From positions 61,497 to 125,496 of the forward strand of contig DATDAS010000047.1 of NCBI GenBank assembly GCA_036525315.1: a DNA stretch of 64,000 nucleotides. Direction: 5' to 3'. Origin of the DNA: Allosphingosinicella sp. GTDB taxonomy: Bacteria > Pseudomonadota > Alphaproteobacteria > Sphingomonadales > Sphingomonadaceae. Shown piece by piece: positions 26,953 through 36,962 of this stretch (position 1 is the stretch's first letter; every line of letters begins with the position of its first letter). The position numbers and the translations under genes were made by a program. The notes beneath the pieces were generated by a model, which did not search any database, was not told the origin of the DNA, and saw only the letters and a list, made by a program, of their open reading frames with translations.

Positions 26953-28884
26953 TCATGCCACCGCCTCGCGCGGTCTTTCGCGCCGATTCCAGCGGAATCC
27001 GAGCAGCAGAGCGGCGATCGACACGGCCTGCGCGATCAGCGCCTCCGCCGTCGGGAAAAGGCCGAGGATCGATATGGTCGGGACTCCCGGAACCGGAGTG
27101 ACGCCGAACAGGCCGGCCTCCTGCAGGGCGGCGACTCCCTTGCCGGCCAGGACCACGGTCAGGATCGCCATCAGGATCGCGCTGTAGGAGAAGAATTTCG
27201 CGATCGGCAGCTTTCGGCTGAAGCGAAGCATCGCGACGGCGATGACGGCCAGCAGGGCGAGAGCGGCCGCTCCGCCCGCGAGCAAGGCGGGGCCGTTCCC
27301 CTGCGCCGAGAGGGCCGCGAAGAAGAGGATCGTCTCGAACACCTCGCGATAGACGGCGACGAAGGCGAGCAGGAACAGGAACCAGGCCGAGCCGCGGCCA
27401 AGGGCCTGGTCGACCTTGGCCCTGATGTAGCGCTGCCATTCGTCGGCCTGCGCCTTGCCGTGCATCCAGATTCCGACGAACAGGAGGACGATTGCGGCGA
27501 GCAGCGACCCGAACCCTTCGGTCAGCTCGCGGCTCGCCCCGCTGATCCCGATCAAATTGGTCGCCGCCCACCAGGTCGCGACGCCCGCGCCGAGCGCCGC
27601 GATCCAGCCGTAATGGACGTTTCGAACCATCGCCGGCCGCTCGGCCTTGCGAAGGAAGGCGAGCATCGCGACGACGATCAGAAGCGCCTCGAGCCCCTCG
27701 CGCAGGAGGATGGTGAAGGCGCCGAGAAAGGCCGAGGTGCCGCTCGCGGCGGACGGATCGAGCGCGGTCTCGGCTTCGGCGAACAGGCCGTCCAGGGCCT
27801 CGATCCGCTCGCGTACGACCGGGACCGGCTCGCCGCGGCCGATCGCCGCGCGGACTTCGGCCATTGCGGCCTCGATCCTCCGCATCAGCCCGCCGTCGCG
27901 CGATGCGAGAACCGCCTCGACCGGCTCGAAGCCGTCGAGATAGGCCGACAAGGCAAGCTCCTCGGCCTGCTTGCGCTGTCCCGCCTCATAGGCCTCGAGG
28001 CTCTGACGCAGGCGCTCGCGGGCGAGATCGAGCGAGCCGGGGCCCTTGGCGGCCACCGCGCCCGGATTGGCGCGCAGAAAGGCGGTCACCGCGGCCGCCT
28101 TCTCCGGACCGATGTCGCGGCCGAGCGCGGCGGGGGTCAGCGCCGTGAGCGCGGCGAGATCGGGGATCCGGCCCCGAAGCGCGGAATCGCTTTCCCAGAT
28201 TCTCTTGCCCTCGGCCTCGAGCGCCGCTGGAAAGGCGAAGCGGCCGGCATGGAGAGCGAGCGCCCAGCGGTCCTCGGCGGGCAGGTGGCGGAAGCTCGCC
28301 ATGGCCGTGTCCTCGAGCCCCTGATCGATCACCTGGTAAAGGGCGAAGATGCTCCGCTCGTTGGCGCGCGCGCGGTCGGTGAATGCGATGGGCGGCGGGT
28401 CCATCCCGGCGGCGAGCGGCGCCCGGGCGTCGCCCCTGGCGCCGTGGCAGGCCGCGCAATTGTCGGCATAGAGGGCGGCACCTCGCGCCGGATCGGGAAC
28501 CGAGGGCGGAGCGAGCGGCACCGGAAAGGCCCGGAGGAGCGCATCGGCGAGGGCGCGCGCCTGACGGTCAACCTCTGTCGGATCGGCCTTCGCCGCGATC
28601 GACGCGTTGAGCGTCTTTGCTCCGGCTACCAGCCGGTCCCGCTCCGCTCCGGCCGGCAAGGCGGCAAGCCTCTGCGAGACGGACGATCCGAACTCGAGCA
28701 TCTCCTTATATTCGCCGTCGCTGATCACCTTCCCGCCGGCGACCGCGCCGGCATAATCGACCGCGATATAATCGAGCAGCCGCCAGGTGGTCTGGACCTC
28801 GTTCGCCTGCGCGAACGCGGCCTGCGGGAGGGCGAGGGCCGAAATCAGGAGCGCGAGAAGCGGCAGGAGGCGGCGAAGCGACAT
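26953..28884 (-). CDS. Cytochrome c domain fused to an FTR1-family iron permease
   Basis: Signal peptide MSLRRLLPLLALLISALALPQAAFA, heme-binding CAACH, then a multi-pass C-terminal half with REGLEALL and REVFETILF (the two REXXE motifs of FTR1/EfeU). ATG 28884 was chosen inside ORF 26953-29115. Confidence 0.88.
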   Translation of the reverse strand: MSLRRLLPLLALLISALALPQAAFAQANEVQTTWRLLDYIAVDYAGAVAGGKVISDGEYKEMLEFGSSVSQRLAALPAGAERDRLVAGAKTLNASIAAKADPTEVDRQARALADALLRAFPVPLAPPSVPDPARGAALYADNCAACHGARGDARAPLAAGMDPPPIAFTDRARANERSIFALYQVIDQGLEDTAMASFRHLPAEDRWALALHAGRFAFPAALEAEGKRIWESDSALRGRIPDLAALTALTPAALGRDIGPEKAAAVTAFLRANPGAVAAKGPGSLDLARERLRQSLEAYEAGQRKQAEELALSAYLDGFEPVEAVLASRDGGLMRRIEAAMAEVRAAIGRGEPVPVVRERIEALDGLFAEAETALDPSAASGTSAFLGAFTILLREGLEALLIVVAMLAFLRKAERPAMVRNVHYGWIAALGAGVATWWAATNLIGISGASRELTEGFGSLLAAIVLLFVGIWMHGKAQADEWQRYIRAKVDQALGRGSAWFLFLLAFVAVYREVFETILFFAALSAQGNGPALLAGGAAALALLAVIAVAMLRFSRKLPIAKFFSYSAILMAILTVVLAGKGVAALQEAGLFGVTPVPGVPTISILGLFPTAEALIAQAVSIAALLLGFRWNRRERPREAVA

Positions 28885-28923
28885 CGGAGACCCTGTGGAG
28901 CGGCGACCGGGAGCGCGCCTGTT

Positions 28924-28944
28924 GCAATTGATTATCAATAACGA
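28924..28944. promoter_or_regulatory. Fur-box-like site in the divergent promoter between the FTR1 permease and dipeptidase genes
   Basis: GCAATTGATTATCAATAACGA (reverse strand TTATTGATAATCAATTGC) resembles the GATAATGATAATCATTATC consensus. It is an AT-rich island in GC-rich DNA, 40-60 nt upstream of an iron-transport gene. Confidence 0.45.
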
Positions 28945-29051
28945 GAAGCAAAGGAAAGGGCGCACGCCGCCGAAAGGACTTGGCAGCGGGAGCCCGGGCT
29001 TTAGGGTCCGGACCCTAGTCTGGCCGCGTAGGCTAGTTTGGCGCGAAGGGG

Positions 29052-30344
29052 ATGACAATGAAGCTCGCACCCGTCTGCATCGCATTGCTGGCGCTCGCCT
29101 CGGCCACGGCCGCAACGAGCCAGGCGCCGGATCAGTATGACCGCCGGATCCAGAAGATCCTGAAGGAGACTCCGCTCGTCGACGGCCATAACGATCTGCC
29201 CTGGGAGATACGGGAGAAATACGATCTCTGGCGCAAGCCGCTCGATCTTTCGGCCGATACCTCCGCTCTTCCCGATCCGCTCCAGACCGACATTCCCCGA
29301 ATGCGCCGCGGCGGCGTCGGAGCGCAATTCTGGTCGGTCTGGATTCCCGGCGCGCTGAAGGGCGACGAGGCGATCAGGACGACGATCGAGGAGATCGACA
29401 TCGTCCACCGCATCGCGGCCCGTTATCCACGCGATTTCGAGATGGCCTCGACCGCGGCGGACATCAGGCGGATCCACAAGTCCGGAAAGATCGCCTCGCT
29501 GATCGGGATCGAGGGCGGCCACCAGATCGGCAACTCGCCCGCCGCCCTGCGCGAATTCTACGCGCTCGGCGCGCGCTACATGACCCTCACCCATTCGATC
29601 CACAACGACTGGGCGGATTCCGCCACCGCCGATCCGGTGCTGAACGGCCTCTCGCCTTTCGGCAGGGCGATCGTCCGCGAGATGAACCGGATCGGCATGA
29701 TGCTCGATCTCAGCCACGTCTCGGCCGACACGATGAAGATGGCGATCGCGGAGACCAAGGCGCCGGTCATCTTCTCGCACAGCGGCGCCAGGGCGGTGAT
29801 GAACCATCCGCGCAACGTGCCCGACGATGTCCTTCGGCTCCTGCCCGCAAACGGCGGCGTGGTGATGGCGGTCTTCTACCCGGGCTTCGTCTCCGAGGAG
29901 CGCGGACGGTGGGGCGCCGAACGCGATGCCGAGACCGCGCGACTCGCCGCGCTCTACAAGGGCCAGCCCGACGCAAGGAAAGCGGCGCTGGACGCATGGG
30001 ATGCCGCCCACCCCTTCCCACAGGCCACGCCCGGCCAGGTCGCCGACCATATCGAGCATATCCGCAAGGTGGCCGGGATCGACCATGTCGGCATCGGCAG
30101 CGATTATGACGGGATCAGCGGCACCTTCCCGGAGGGGATGCCCGGGGTCCAGTCCTATCCGGTGCTCCTGCGTGAGCTGATGCGGCGCGGCTGGTCCGAC
30201 GCCGACATCGCCAAGCTGGTCGGCGGGAATGTGCTCCGGGTCATGGAGCAGGTCGAGCGGGTGTCGGCATCGATGAAGAACCAGCCGCCGATGATCGCGA
30301 CCATCGAGCAGATGGACGGAAAGAAGCCCGCGCCTCAGCCGTAG
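29052..30344 (+). CDS. Membrane dipeptidase (peptidase family M19)
   Basis: Signal peptide followed by VDGHNDLPWEIRE, IEGGHQIG, LTHSIHNDWADS and FSHSGARAV, which are characteristic M19 motifs. Confidence 0.92.
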   Translation: MTMKLAPVCIALLALASATAATSQAPDQYDRRIQKILKETPLVDGHNDLPWEIREKYDLWRKPLDLSADTSALPDPLQTDIPRMRRGGVGAQFWSVWIPGALKGDEAIRTTIEEIDIVHRIAARYPRDFEMASTAADIRRIHKSGKIASLIGIEGGHQIGNSPAALREFYALGARYMTLTHSIHNDWADSATADPVLNGLSPFGRAIVREMNRIGMMLDLSHVSADTMKMAIAETKAPVIFSHSGARAVMNHPRNVPDDVLRLLPANGGVVMAVFYPGFVSEERGRWGAERDAETARLAALYKGQPDARKAALDAWDAAHPFPQATPGQVADHIEHIRKVAGIDHVGIGSDYDGISGTFPEGMPGVQSYPVLLRELMRRGWSDADIAKLVGGNVLRVMEQVERVSASMKNQPPMIATIEQMDGKKPAPQP

Positions 30345-32074
30345 GCGCGGCTCAGCACCCAGGCGGTGAGCAGGACGGCGATCAGGGAAAGCGGCGCGCC
30401 GACCTTGGGATAGTCGCGGAACCGGTAATTGCCGGGCCGCATGACCAGCATATTGTTCTGGTGTCCGATCGGAGTGAGGAAATCGCAAGACGATCCGATC
30501 AGGACCGCGAGCAGGGCCGCGTCCGGATCGATCCCGAGCGACGCCGCTGTCTCGATCCCGACCTGCGCCATGATCAGAGCGGTGGCCACATTGTTGAGGA
30601 AGATCGACAGCAGCATGGTCGCGCCGCAGAGCACCGCGAGCATGACGAACAAGGGCGATCCCGAGATCATGAAGCTCAGGCCGGCGGCGACGGCGTCGCT
30701 TCCCCCGGCATCGTCGAAGGCACGGCCGACCGGGATCATGCCGGCAATGAGAACGATGACCGGCAGATCGATGGCGCGATAGGCTTCCTCGGCCGGAATC
30801 AGCCGAAGCAGGCAGATGGCGAGCGCGGCAGCGATGAAAACGGCCGTCGTCGAGATTCCGAACAAGGCGGCCAGAAGCACCGCCAGCGCGTAGATTCCGA
30901 CCACCAAAGCGGCCGCCCGCCCGGCTCGGACCGGTGCCTGCTGCCGGCCGACCTCGAGCAGCCGCGCATGACGGATCAGCCGCGCCAGGGCCTCGGGCGT
31001 GCCGCGCAGATAAAGCTGGTCCCCGGCCTCGATCGCATTTGTCCCGAGAGGGCGGCGCAGCCGCGCTGCGCGCGGTCCGGCGGCGATGAACTCCACCGCC
31101 CCCTCGGTCCGCGAAGCGATCGCTCCATAATCCTGCCCGATCAGAGACGATCCGTGGACCACCGAGACATGCGCCGTGACCGATCCCGGCGGATCGGCAG
31201 GGCTCTCGGCGAACAGCTTCGCCCGCTGCGCCACTTCCCAGGGCTTGTCCCGGCTCATCACGAGCAGGCAGTCGTCGTGGTGGATCCGCCCGTCGGCCTC
31301 GAGCCGGGCCGAGTCTCCATTGCGGAGCACCGCCAGAAGCACCGCGCCCGCCTCACGGAGCGACTTGCGGAGCCCGTCCAGTCGAACCCGTCCCTGCGAC
31401 GCGGCCATCGGAACCGAAAGCTGGAAGACCAGCAGGCTTTTCCCGCTCCCCTCCTCCTCGCCCGGTCTGCGATGGGGCGCCAGCCTCCAGCCGATCACCA
31501 TGAGATAGAGGAGCCCCGCCGCAGCGACCGCTCCGCCCACGGCCGTCATGTCGAACATGCCGAACGGCGCTCCCACCCGGTCCTCGCGCACCGACGCGAC
31601 GATCAGGTTCGCCGGCGTCCCGATCAATGTCGTCATTCCGCCGAGAATGGTGGCGAAGGAGAGGGGCATCAGGACTGCGCCGGGCGGCAATTTATGCTCC
31701 CGCGCGACGGTGAGTGCGACCGGCATGGTGATCGCCAGAGCCGCGATATTGTTCATCCACGCCGAGAGCAGGGTGCCCATCAGCAGCACGCCACCGATCC
31801 GAACGGTCGCGAACCTCGTTCGGGGCACGAGCCAGCGCGTCATCTCCTGGGCGGCGCCGGTAAACTCGACCGCTCGCCCGACGACCAGGACGGCCGCGAC
31901 GATCAGCACGGCCGGGGAACCGAAGCCGGCCAGCGCCTCCTCGATCGAAACCAGCCCGGTTGTCCAGGCGAGGAGAAGGATGAGAATGGCGACCGCGTCC
32001 GGCCGAATCCGGTCGCTGACGAACAGCCCGAGCGCGAGGAGCATGAGCCCGGTGCTGAGGAAGGCATCGCTCAC
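30335..32074 (-). CDS. SLC13/DASS-family permease with central TrkA-C domains
   Basis: Multi-pass N- and C-terminal halves flank a soluble region of about 170 aa with two TrkA-C-like repeats (LLVFQLSVP ... LLVMS and VEFIAAG ... LYLRG). 579 aa. Assigned from architecture. Confidence 0.85.
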   Translation of the reverse strand: MSDAFLSTGLMLLALGLFVSDRIRPDAVAILILLLAWTTGLVSIEEALAGFGSPAVLIVAAVLVVGRAVEFTGAAQEMTRWLVPRTRFATVRIGGVLLMGTLLSAWMNNIAALAITMPVALTVAREHKLPPGAVLMPLSFATILGGMTTLIGTPANLIVASVREDRVGAPFGMFDMTAVGGAVAAAGLLYLMVIGWRLAPHRRPGEEEGSGKSLLVFQLSVPMAASQGRVRLDGLRKSLREAGAVLLAVLRNGDSARLEADGRIHHDDCLLVMSRDKPWEVAQRAKLFAESPADPPGSVTAHVSVVHGSSLIGQDYGAIASRTEGAVEFIAAGPRAARLRRPLGTNAIEAGDQLYLRGTPEALARLIRHARLLEVGRQQAPVRAGRAAALVVGIYALAVLLAALFGISTTAVFIAAALAICLLRLIPAEEAYRAIDLPVIVLIAGMIPVGRAFDDAGGSDAVAAGLSFMISGSPLFVMLAVLCGATMLLSIFLNNVATALIMAQVGIETAASLGIDPDAALLAVLIGSSCDFLTPIGHQNNMLVMRPGNYRFRDYPKVGAPLSLIAVLLTAWVLSRAYG

Positions 32075-32091
32075 CTTGCGGACTCAGCCCA

Positions 32092-32502
32092 TCAGGGCGC
32101 CAGCGTCGGCGCCGTGTTGGGCTCGCCGGCAAGCTCGGCCTCGGCTTCCTCGGGCAGGACTTCGCCATCGAGCGCCGGCGGGCGGCCGATCCAGAGGGCG
32201 TCGAGCAGATGGTCGCGCTTCTGATTGGTCGTGTTGGGGTGGATCAGGATCGAGAGGCCGCGATTGTTGAGCATCAGCCACGGCACCAGGGTCGCGAACA
32301 GGTCCGGCGCGAAGGCGATCTGGTACATGGCCTGGCTATGCGGGCCGACCGGCGAGTCGCGCCAGCTTCCGAGCCGCACCTCGAAGCGGTCGCCGACCTC
32401 GGCGCGGATCGCCTCGGCATCGCCGCGCCGGCCGGCCGGATCGAAATAGACATGGGCGTGGTAGGAGGCGATCTCGGCGACCGCGCGCGGCCCGCCCGAC
32501 AT
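32092..32502 (-). CDS. DOPA 4,5-dioxygenase (DODA) family protein
   Basis: YHAHVYFDP ... [13 protein letters not shown] ... LSILIHPNT are family-like motifs. ATG 32502 overlaps the upstream stop (ATGA at 32499-32502... read as ATG 32502-32500 and TGA 32504-32502). Confidence 0.75.
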   Translation of the reverse strand: MSGGPRAVAEIASYHAHVYFDPAGRRGDAEAIRAEVGDRFEVRLGSWRDSPVGPHSQAMYQIAFAPDLFATLVPWLMLNNRGLSILIHPNTTNQKRDHLLDALWIGRPPALDGEVLPEEAEAELAGEPNTAPTLAP

Positions 32503-33158
32503 CAGACCGCCGGGTAACGGAGGCGGCCGAGGAACCGGCTGAGCGATGGAAGGTGGGTTCCGCGCCATTGCGCCTTCACCTTCTCGAACTTCATCACGTC
32601 GTCGATCCGCCGCTCGAGGAAGGCGCGAGTCTCGGCCATGCCCTCGCTTGCGTCGTCGAGGAAGACGAGGCTGGTCGAGCCGTAGACGCCCATCAGGATC
32701 GCGCGCTTGCTGTAATGGTTGAAGTCGGTCGAGCGGTCGCCGGCGATCCGCCACATCCGGTCCGCCGCGCGCCAGCCGAGCCGCGCCGCAAGCGGCAAAT
32801 TCTGCGGTTGGGCGAGAATGGCGAGGGCCCGGCGAAGCGCCTCCCGGTTCGGAGCGCAGGCTTCGAGCCGGAAAATGACGAGAGAGCGGATCCGCTCCCT
32901 TATCTTCATCGCCTCGATCCGCTCGAGCGGGAAGGCCTCGGCCATCGACCGGTCGATCCAGTCGAACCATGAGTCGATCCTCTCCGGCGCTCCGCCCGGG
33001 AAGCAGAGCCTGGCGCGACCGGCCGGAACTCCAAGCTCGGCCGCGGCCATCGCCAGCGCCTTGTCGCCCCAGCCGTCGAACACCGCGTTGGCGGGAATCA
33101 GCGGTGCGAGAACGAGCTTCAGCTCGTCCAGGGTCATTTCAGCCGGAGCGACGGTCAT
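32502..33158 (-). CDS. COQ9 family protein (rpsU-divergently-transcribed protein family)
   Basis: [10 protein letters not shown], the IDSWF...ID segment, and [17 protein letters not shown] ... [24 protein letters not shown] resemble bacterial COQ9-like proteins. The start is 33158 or 33137. Confidence 0.7.
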   Translation of the reverse strand: MTVAPAEMTLDELKLVLAPLIPANAVFDGWGDKALAMAAAELGVPAGRARLCFPGGAPERIDSWFDWIDRSMAEAFPLERIEAMKIRERIRSLVIFRLEACAPNREALRRALAILAQPQNLPLAARLGWRAADRMWRIAGDRSTDFNHYSKRAILMGVYGSTSLVFLDDASEGMAETRAFLERRIDDVMKFEKVKAQWRGTHLPSLSRFLGRLRYPAV

Positions 33159-33199
33159 GACGTGCCAATGATCGTGAGCGATGAAGGATGCAAGCCTGA

Positions 33200-33308
33200 G
33201 CCCTCCCCCTTGATGGGGGCGGGTTGGGTGGGGGTGACCTGCGAGACGCGCCGAAGTCCCTTTCGAACGCCACCCCACCCCCAACCCCTCCCCATCGAGG
33301 GGAGGGGC
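33200..33308. repeat. REP-like long imperfect inverted repeat (GCCCTCCCCCTTGATGGGGGCGGGTTGGGTGGGGGTG ... CACCCCACCCCCAACCCCTCCCCATCGAGGGGAGGGGC)
   Basis: The arms 33200-33236 and 33271-33308 are near-complementary. The element fills the intergenic gap. Confidence 0.7.
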
Positions 33309-33309
33309 T

Positions 33310-34200
33310 TTATGCAGGCGCCCGGCGTTCCGGAAGCCGGATCAGCACCAGGGCGATGCAGATCAGGAGCGCGCCCGCGGCGTCGGCGGGCCCGAGCGTC
33401 TCGCCATAAGCGAGCCAGCCGATGATCGCGCTCGCCGCCGGCTGCGTAAGCAGCCCCACGCCGACCACGACCGGCGTCAGGTGGCCCATCGCATAGACGA
33501 GCAGCCCCTGGCCGACGACCTGGCTTCCGAATGAGAGCAGGATGAGCGGGGTCCAGTCGCCCGGCATTACCTGCTCGCCGAGCGCCATCGCGAAGAGCAG
33601 AAGCGGCAATGCCCCGGCGGCGGTGGCGATGGCGAGCACCGGCATCGGCGCCATCGTCCTTCGCGCCTTGTCCACGGCGATCAAATAGAAAGTGTAGAAG
33701 AGGCCGGCGAGCAAGGCGAAGAGATCGCCGGTGAAATGCCGGGGCGAGACTTCGAAGCTCGACCCGAGCAGCAGGGCCGTCCCCGCCGCCGCCAGGCCCA
33801 GCGCGGCGAGCTGCAGCTTTCGAGGCAAAGCGCGGAGCACCAGGAATCCGTAGATGGTGAAGATGAAGCTGGACGAGTTTCCGAACAGGCTGGCGTTGGC
33901 GAGCTTGGTCAGCCGGATTCCGACATGCCAGGCGGCGAGATCGGCGGCGAAGAAGAGTCCGCCGAGCACCAGCAATCCAAGCAAAGCGGCGGCCGGGAAG
34001 ATCGGCCCGCGCGGTGCCATGCGCGCGAACAGGAACAGGAAGGGCACCGCCAGGGCCATCCGCCAGAAGCCCGCGGCGACCGGCCCGACATCGGTCAGCC
34101 GAACCATCCATGGGCCGAGCGCGAGCACCAGGTTCGCGACGATCAGCGCCGCGAAGGCGTAGCGCCCGGCGCGGGCTGGAGAGGAATGGGTCGGATGCAT
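33310..34200 (-). CDS. DMT superfamily (EamA-like) transporter
   Basis: About 10 hydrophobic segments in two similar halves. 296 aa, the typical EamA architecture. Confidence 0.88.
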   Translation of the reverse strand: MHPTHSSPARAGRYAFAALIVANLVLALGPWMVRLTDVGPVAAGFWRMALAVPFLFLFARMAPRGPIFPAAALLGLLVLGGLFFAADLAAWHVGIRLTKLANASLFGNSSSFIFTIYGFLVLRALPRKLQLAALGLAAAGTALLLGSSFEVSPRHFTGDLFALLAGLFYTFYLIAVDKARRTMAPMPVLAIATAAGALPLLLFAMALGEQVMPGDWTPLILLSFGSQVVGQGLLVYAMGHLTPVVVGVGLLTQPAASAIIGWLAYGETLGPADAAGALLICIALVLIRLPERRAPA

Positions 34201-34404
34201 GAGGGCTCGCTGCGCGCTACGTGCACCCGCTCCGGTCCGTCAAGGAAAGCCGAATGGACGAGACCCCGCTCTGCTTCCTCCGCGGCCGTACGCTCTGAAG
34301 ACGGGTGGAAATGGCACCACGTCGTTCCGAAGAGCGGCGGCCGCGAAACCGCGCGGGTCGATCCGATCCGCCGCCACGGCCACCTCCGACTATGAGTCCA
34401 GGTC

Positions 34405-35103
34405 CTAGTCGAGCGCGGCCAATGCGGAGCGCAGCTGGGCGCCTTCGGCGAGCAACGCCTTCTCCATCGCCCGAAGCTCGCGAAGCCGTTCGAGATGCTC
34501 TCGAAATTCCGGCTTCAGGCTGCCGTCCGGCCGGTAGAATGCCGGCTCGCCCTGCTCGATGACGGGGAGGAAACGCTCCTCGCTGAACTGGTTGTAGCGG
34601 ATGTAGCGCTCGCCGAAGCTGTCCATCTGGTTGAAGAAGCGGGCGAAATCGAACAGCAGATCGGGCGGAAGCATCCGGGCGCCGCCGGATTCGATCAATG
34701 CACCCCACACCAATGTCGGCGGCCGCTCCGCCATTTCCTCGCGATAGAGGGGCGGCACCGGCCGAAGCCCGCGCTTCCGCTCGGAATCGAACCGCGCCAG
34801 CTTGGCGTCGAGACCGGAGCCGACATCCTGCTCGTGCTTGCCGAGATCGACCAGGCTTCGGCCGAGCGCCGCCACGACCTGCCGGCTTAGCGCCTGGTCC
34901 GAGCGGCGCTGGCGATAATCGTCCGCATAGGAGGCGAGCGACACGCCAAGGAAAACGATGGCGAGCTCGGCGAGAAGCCATTTCCACAGGCGCCGGCGGC
35001 GAGGACTCGCCATCGCCGCGGCGGCGGCCAGCAGCCGCCGGTGAAGGCCGAGCGGCGGGGCCGGCTCCTCCGCCCGCCTCGGCTTCCTCGCGGCGCGCGC
35101 CAT
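34405..35103 (-). CDS. Hypothetical single-pass membrane protein, translationally coupled to the upstream HNH gene
   Basis: Arg-rich N-terminus, one TM (LWKWLLAELAIVFLGVSLASY), and no recognisable domain. ATG 35103 overlaps the HNH stop (ATGA). Confidence 0.6.
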   Translation of the reverse strand: MARAARKPRRAEEPAPPLGLHRRLLAAAAAMASPRRRRLWKWLLAELAIVFLGVSLASYADDYRQRRSDQALSRQVVAALGRSLVDLGKHEQDVGSGLDAKLARFDSERKRGLRPVPPLYREEMAERPPTLVWGALIESGGARMLPPDLLFDFARFFNQMDSFGERYIRYNQFSEERFLPVIEQGEPAFYRPDGSLKPEFREHLERLRELRAMEKALLAEGAQLRSALAALD

Positions 35104-35669
35104 CAGGCTTCGAGCTCGACGTCCCAGTAAAGATAGTCGCGCCAGCTATCGTGAAGATAGTTTGGCGGGAATCGGCGGCCATGCTCCTGCAATTGCCAGC
35201 TGGTCGGCCGGAAGGGGCGGCGGTTGATCGCCATTCGCGCCTGCTGCGGGGTTCGGCCGCCCTTCCTCAAATTGCACGGCGCGCAGGCGGTCGCGACATT
35301 CTCCCATGTCGTCCGTCCGCCCTGGGCGCGCGGAACGACATGGTCGAAGGTCAGCTCCCTCGGATCGCCGCAATATTGGCATTCGAACCGGTCGCGGAGG
35401 AACAGGTTGAACCGGGTGAAGGCCGGGTGCTCGGAAGGACGCACATATTGGCGAAGTGCGATCACCGACGGAATCTGCATCGTGCGCGTCGGGCTGTGCA
35501 CCTCGCGCGCATATTGGGCGACGATGTCCACGCGCTCGAGGAACACCGCCTTGACCGCCGTCTGCCACGGCCACAGGCTCAGCGGATAATAAGAAAGCGG
35601 CGTGTAATCCGCGTTCAGAACGAGCGCTGGGCAGCTGTCCGGATGCCGAATGAGATCGGGATGATACAT
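35103..35669 (-). CDS. HNH endonuclease family protein
   Basis: CQYCG ... LTFDHVVPRAQGGRTTWENVATACAPCNLRKG is a complete HNH/Cys4 motif. Confidence 0.88.
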   Translation of the reverse strand: MYHPDLIRHPDSCPALVLNADYTPLSYYPLSLWPWQTAVKAVFLERVDIVAQYAREVHSPTRTMQIPSVIALRQYVRPSEHPAFTRFNLFLRDRFECQYCGDPRELTFDHVVPRAQGGRTTWENVATACAPCNLRKGGRTPQQARMAINRRPFRPTSWQLQEHGRRFPPNYLHDSWRDYLYWDVELEA

Positions 35670-35846
35670 GGACCGACGACCGCCCTCCGCTCTTCCCGGG
35701 GAGAGATCGGCTCGGACTGTCGCACCCAGAACGAGGGATTTGTCCCCTGTTCCATCATCTGCCCGCTGGAGATGACGCCGTCATGACAGCATGGCCCGTG
35801 ACTCGCGGTCAAGAGTCTTGGACGATGATGCGCAAAGGAAATCCCG

Positions 35847-36746
35847 ATGAGTGGCGAAATGATCACGTCCCGATTTGCTCCGAGTCCGACCGGCAGGCTC
35901 CATTTGGGCCATGCCTGGTCGGCCCTGCTCGCCCATGATTTCGCCCGCGAGCGGGGCGGCGCCTTCCTCCTGCGCATCGAGGATATCGACCCGGGACGCG
36001 CGCGCGCGGAGCATGTCGAGGTCATATTGGAGGACCTCGCCTGGCTCGGGCTCGACTGGGACGGCGAGGCGACGTTCCAGTCGAAGCGGCTGCCGCTCTA
36101 TGCCGAGGCGCTGGACCGGCTGAGGGCCCGCGGCCTCGTCTATCCCTGCTTCTGCACCAGGACCGCCATAGCCGCCGAGATCGCCGCCAGCGCTTCCGCG
36201 CCGCACGGCCCGGACTCCGGATCGCAGTCCGGGGCAGGCGGCCCGCTCTATCCGGGCACGTGCCGCGCGCTGTCGGACGCCGAGCGCGAGCGTCGAATGC
36301 AGTCGGAGCCGCACGCCTGGCGGCTGGACTCGGCCAAGGCGGCGGAGGCGACGGGCCCGCTTTACTGGCGCGACGGCGACACCGGGGTGCAGGCCGAGCC
36401 GGAGCGCCATGGCGACGTCGTCCTTGCCCGCAAGGATGCGCCGACCTCCTACCATCTCGCCGTCACCGTCGACGACGCCGCGCAGGGCGTCACCGACGTG
36501 GTGCGCGGCCGCGATCTCTTCGCGGCGACCGACGTCCACCGCCTGCTCCAGGCCCTGCTCGGCCTGCCTACACCGCGCTACCACCACCATCCCCTGTTGC
36601 TCGACGCGGAGGGGCGCCGCCTCGCGAAACGGCACGGGGCGCCATCGATCGCCGACCTGCGGGCCGGCGGCATGGACCCCGCCGCCCTGGTCGCGGGCCT
36701 TCGCGACGGCAGAATGCCCGCTGGATTCCGGACGGAAGAAGCCTAG
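35847..36746 (+). CDS. gluQ: tRNA glutamyl-Q(34) synthetase
   Basis: SRFAPSPTGRLHLGHAWSALL (HIGH-type motif), LLRIEDID, and a truncated GluRS catalytic domain without an anticodon-binding domain (299 aa). Confidence 0.92.
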   Translation: MSGEMITSRFAPSPTGRLHLGHAWSALLAHDFARERGGAFLLRIEDIDPGRARAEHVEVILEDLAWLGLDWDGEATFQSKRLPLYAEALDRLRARGLVYPCFCTRTAIAAEIAASASAPHGPDSGSQSGAGGPLYPGTCRALSDAERERRMQSEPHAWRLDSAKAAEATGPLYWRDGDTGVQAEPERHGDVVLARKDAPTSYHLAVTVDDAAQGVTDVVRGRDLFAATDVHRLLQALLGLPTPRYHHHPLLLDAEGRRLAKRHGAPSIADLRAGGMDPAALVAGLRDGRMPAGFRTEEA

Positions 36747-36756
36747 ATAGGCGCCG

Positions 36757-36960
36757 ATGGACGTCTTCCTGCTCATCCTCATCTTCGCCGCCGCCGGAGC
36801 GACCCTGTTCATCCTCGCCAAGGGCGTGATCGGGATGGCGCAGGGCAAGGACATTACCGGGCGCCGCTCGCAGGAGCTGATGCGCAAGCGGGTGCTCTTC
36901 CAGGCCGTCGCGATCGTCCTGGTCCTTCTCTTCCTCCTCTTCGCCAGCGGAAGGAACTGA
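36757..36960 (+). CDS. Twin transmembrane helix small protein (HIG1-like)
   Basis: 67 aa with two hydrophobic helices separated by the charged loop GKDITGRRSQELMRKR, the typical pattern. Confidence 0.78.
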   Translation: MDVFLLILIFAAAGATLFILAKGVIGMAQGKDITGRRSQELMRKRVLFQAVAIVLVLLFLLFASGRN

Positions 36961-36962
36961 GC

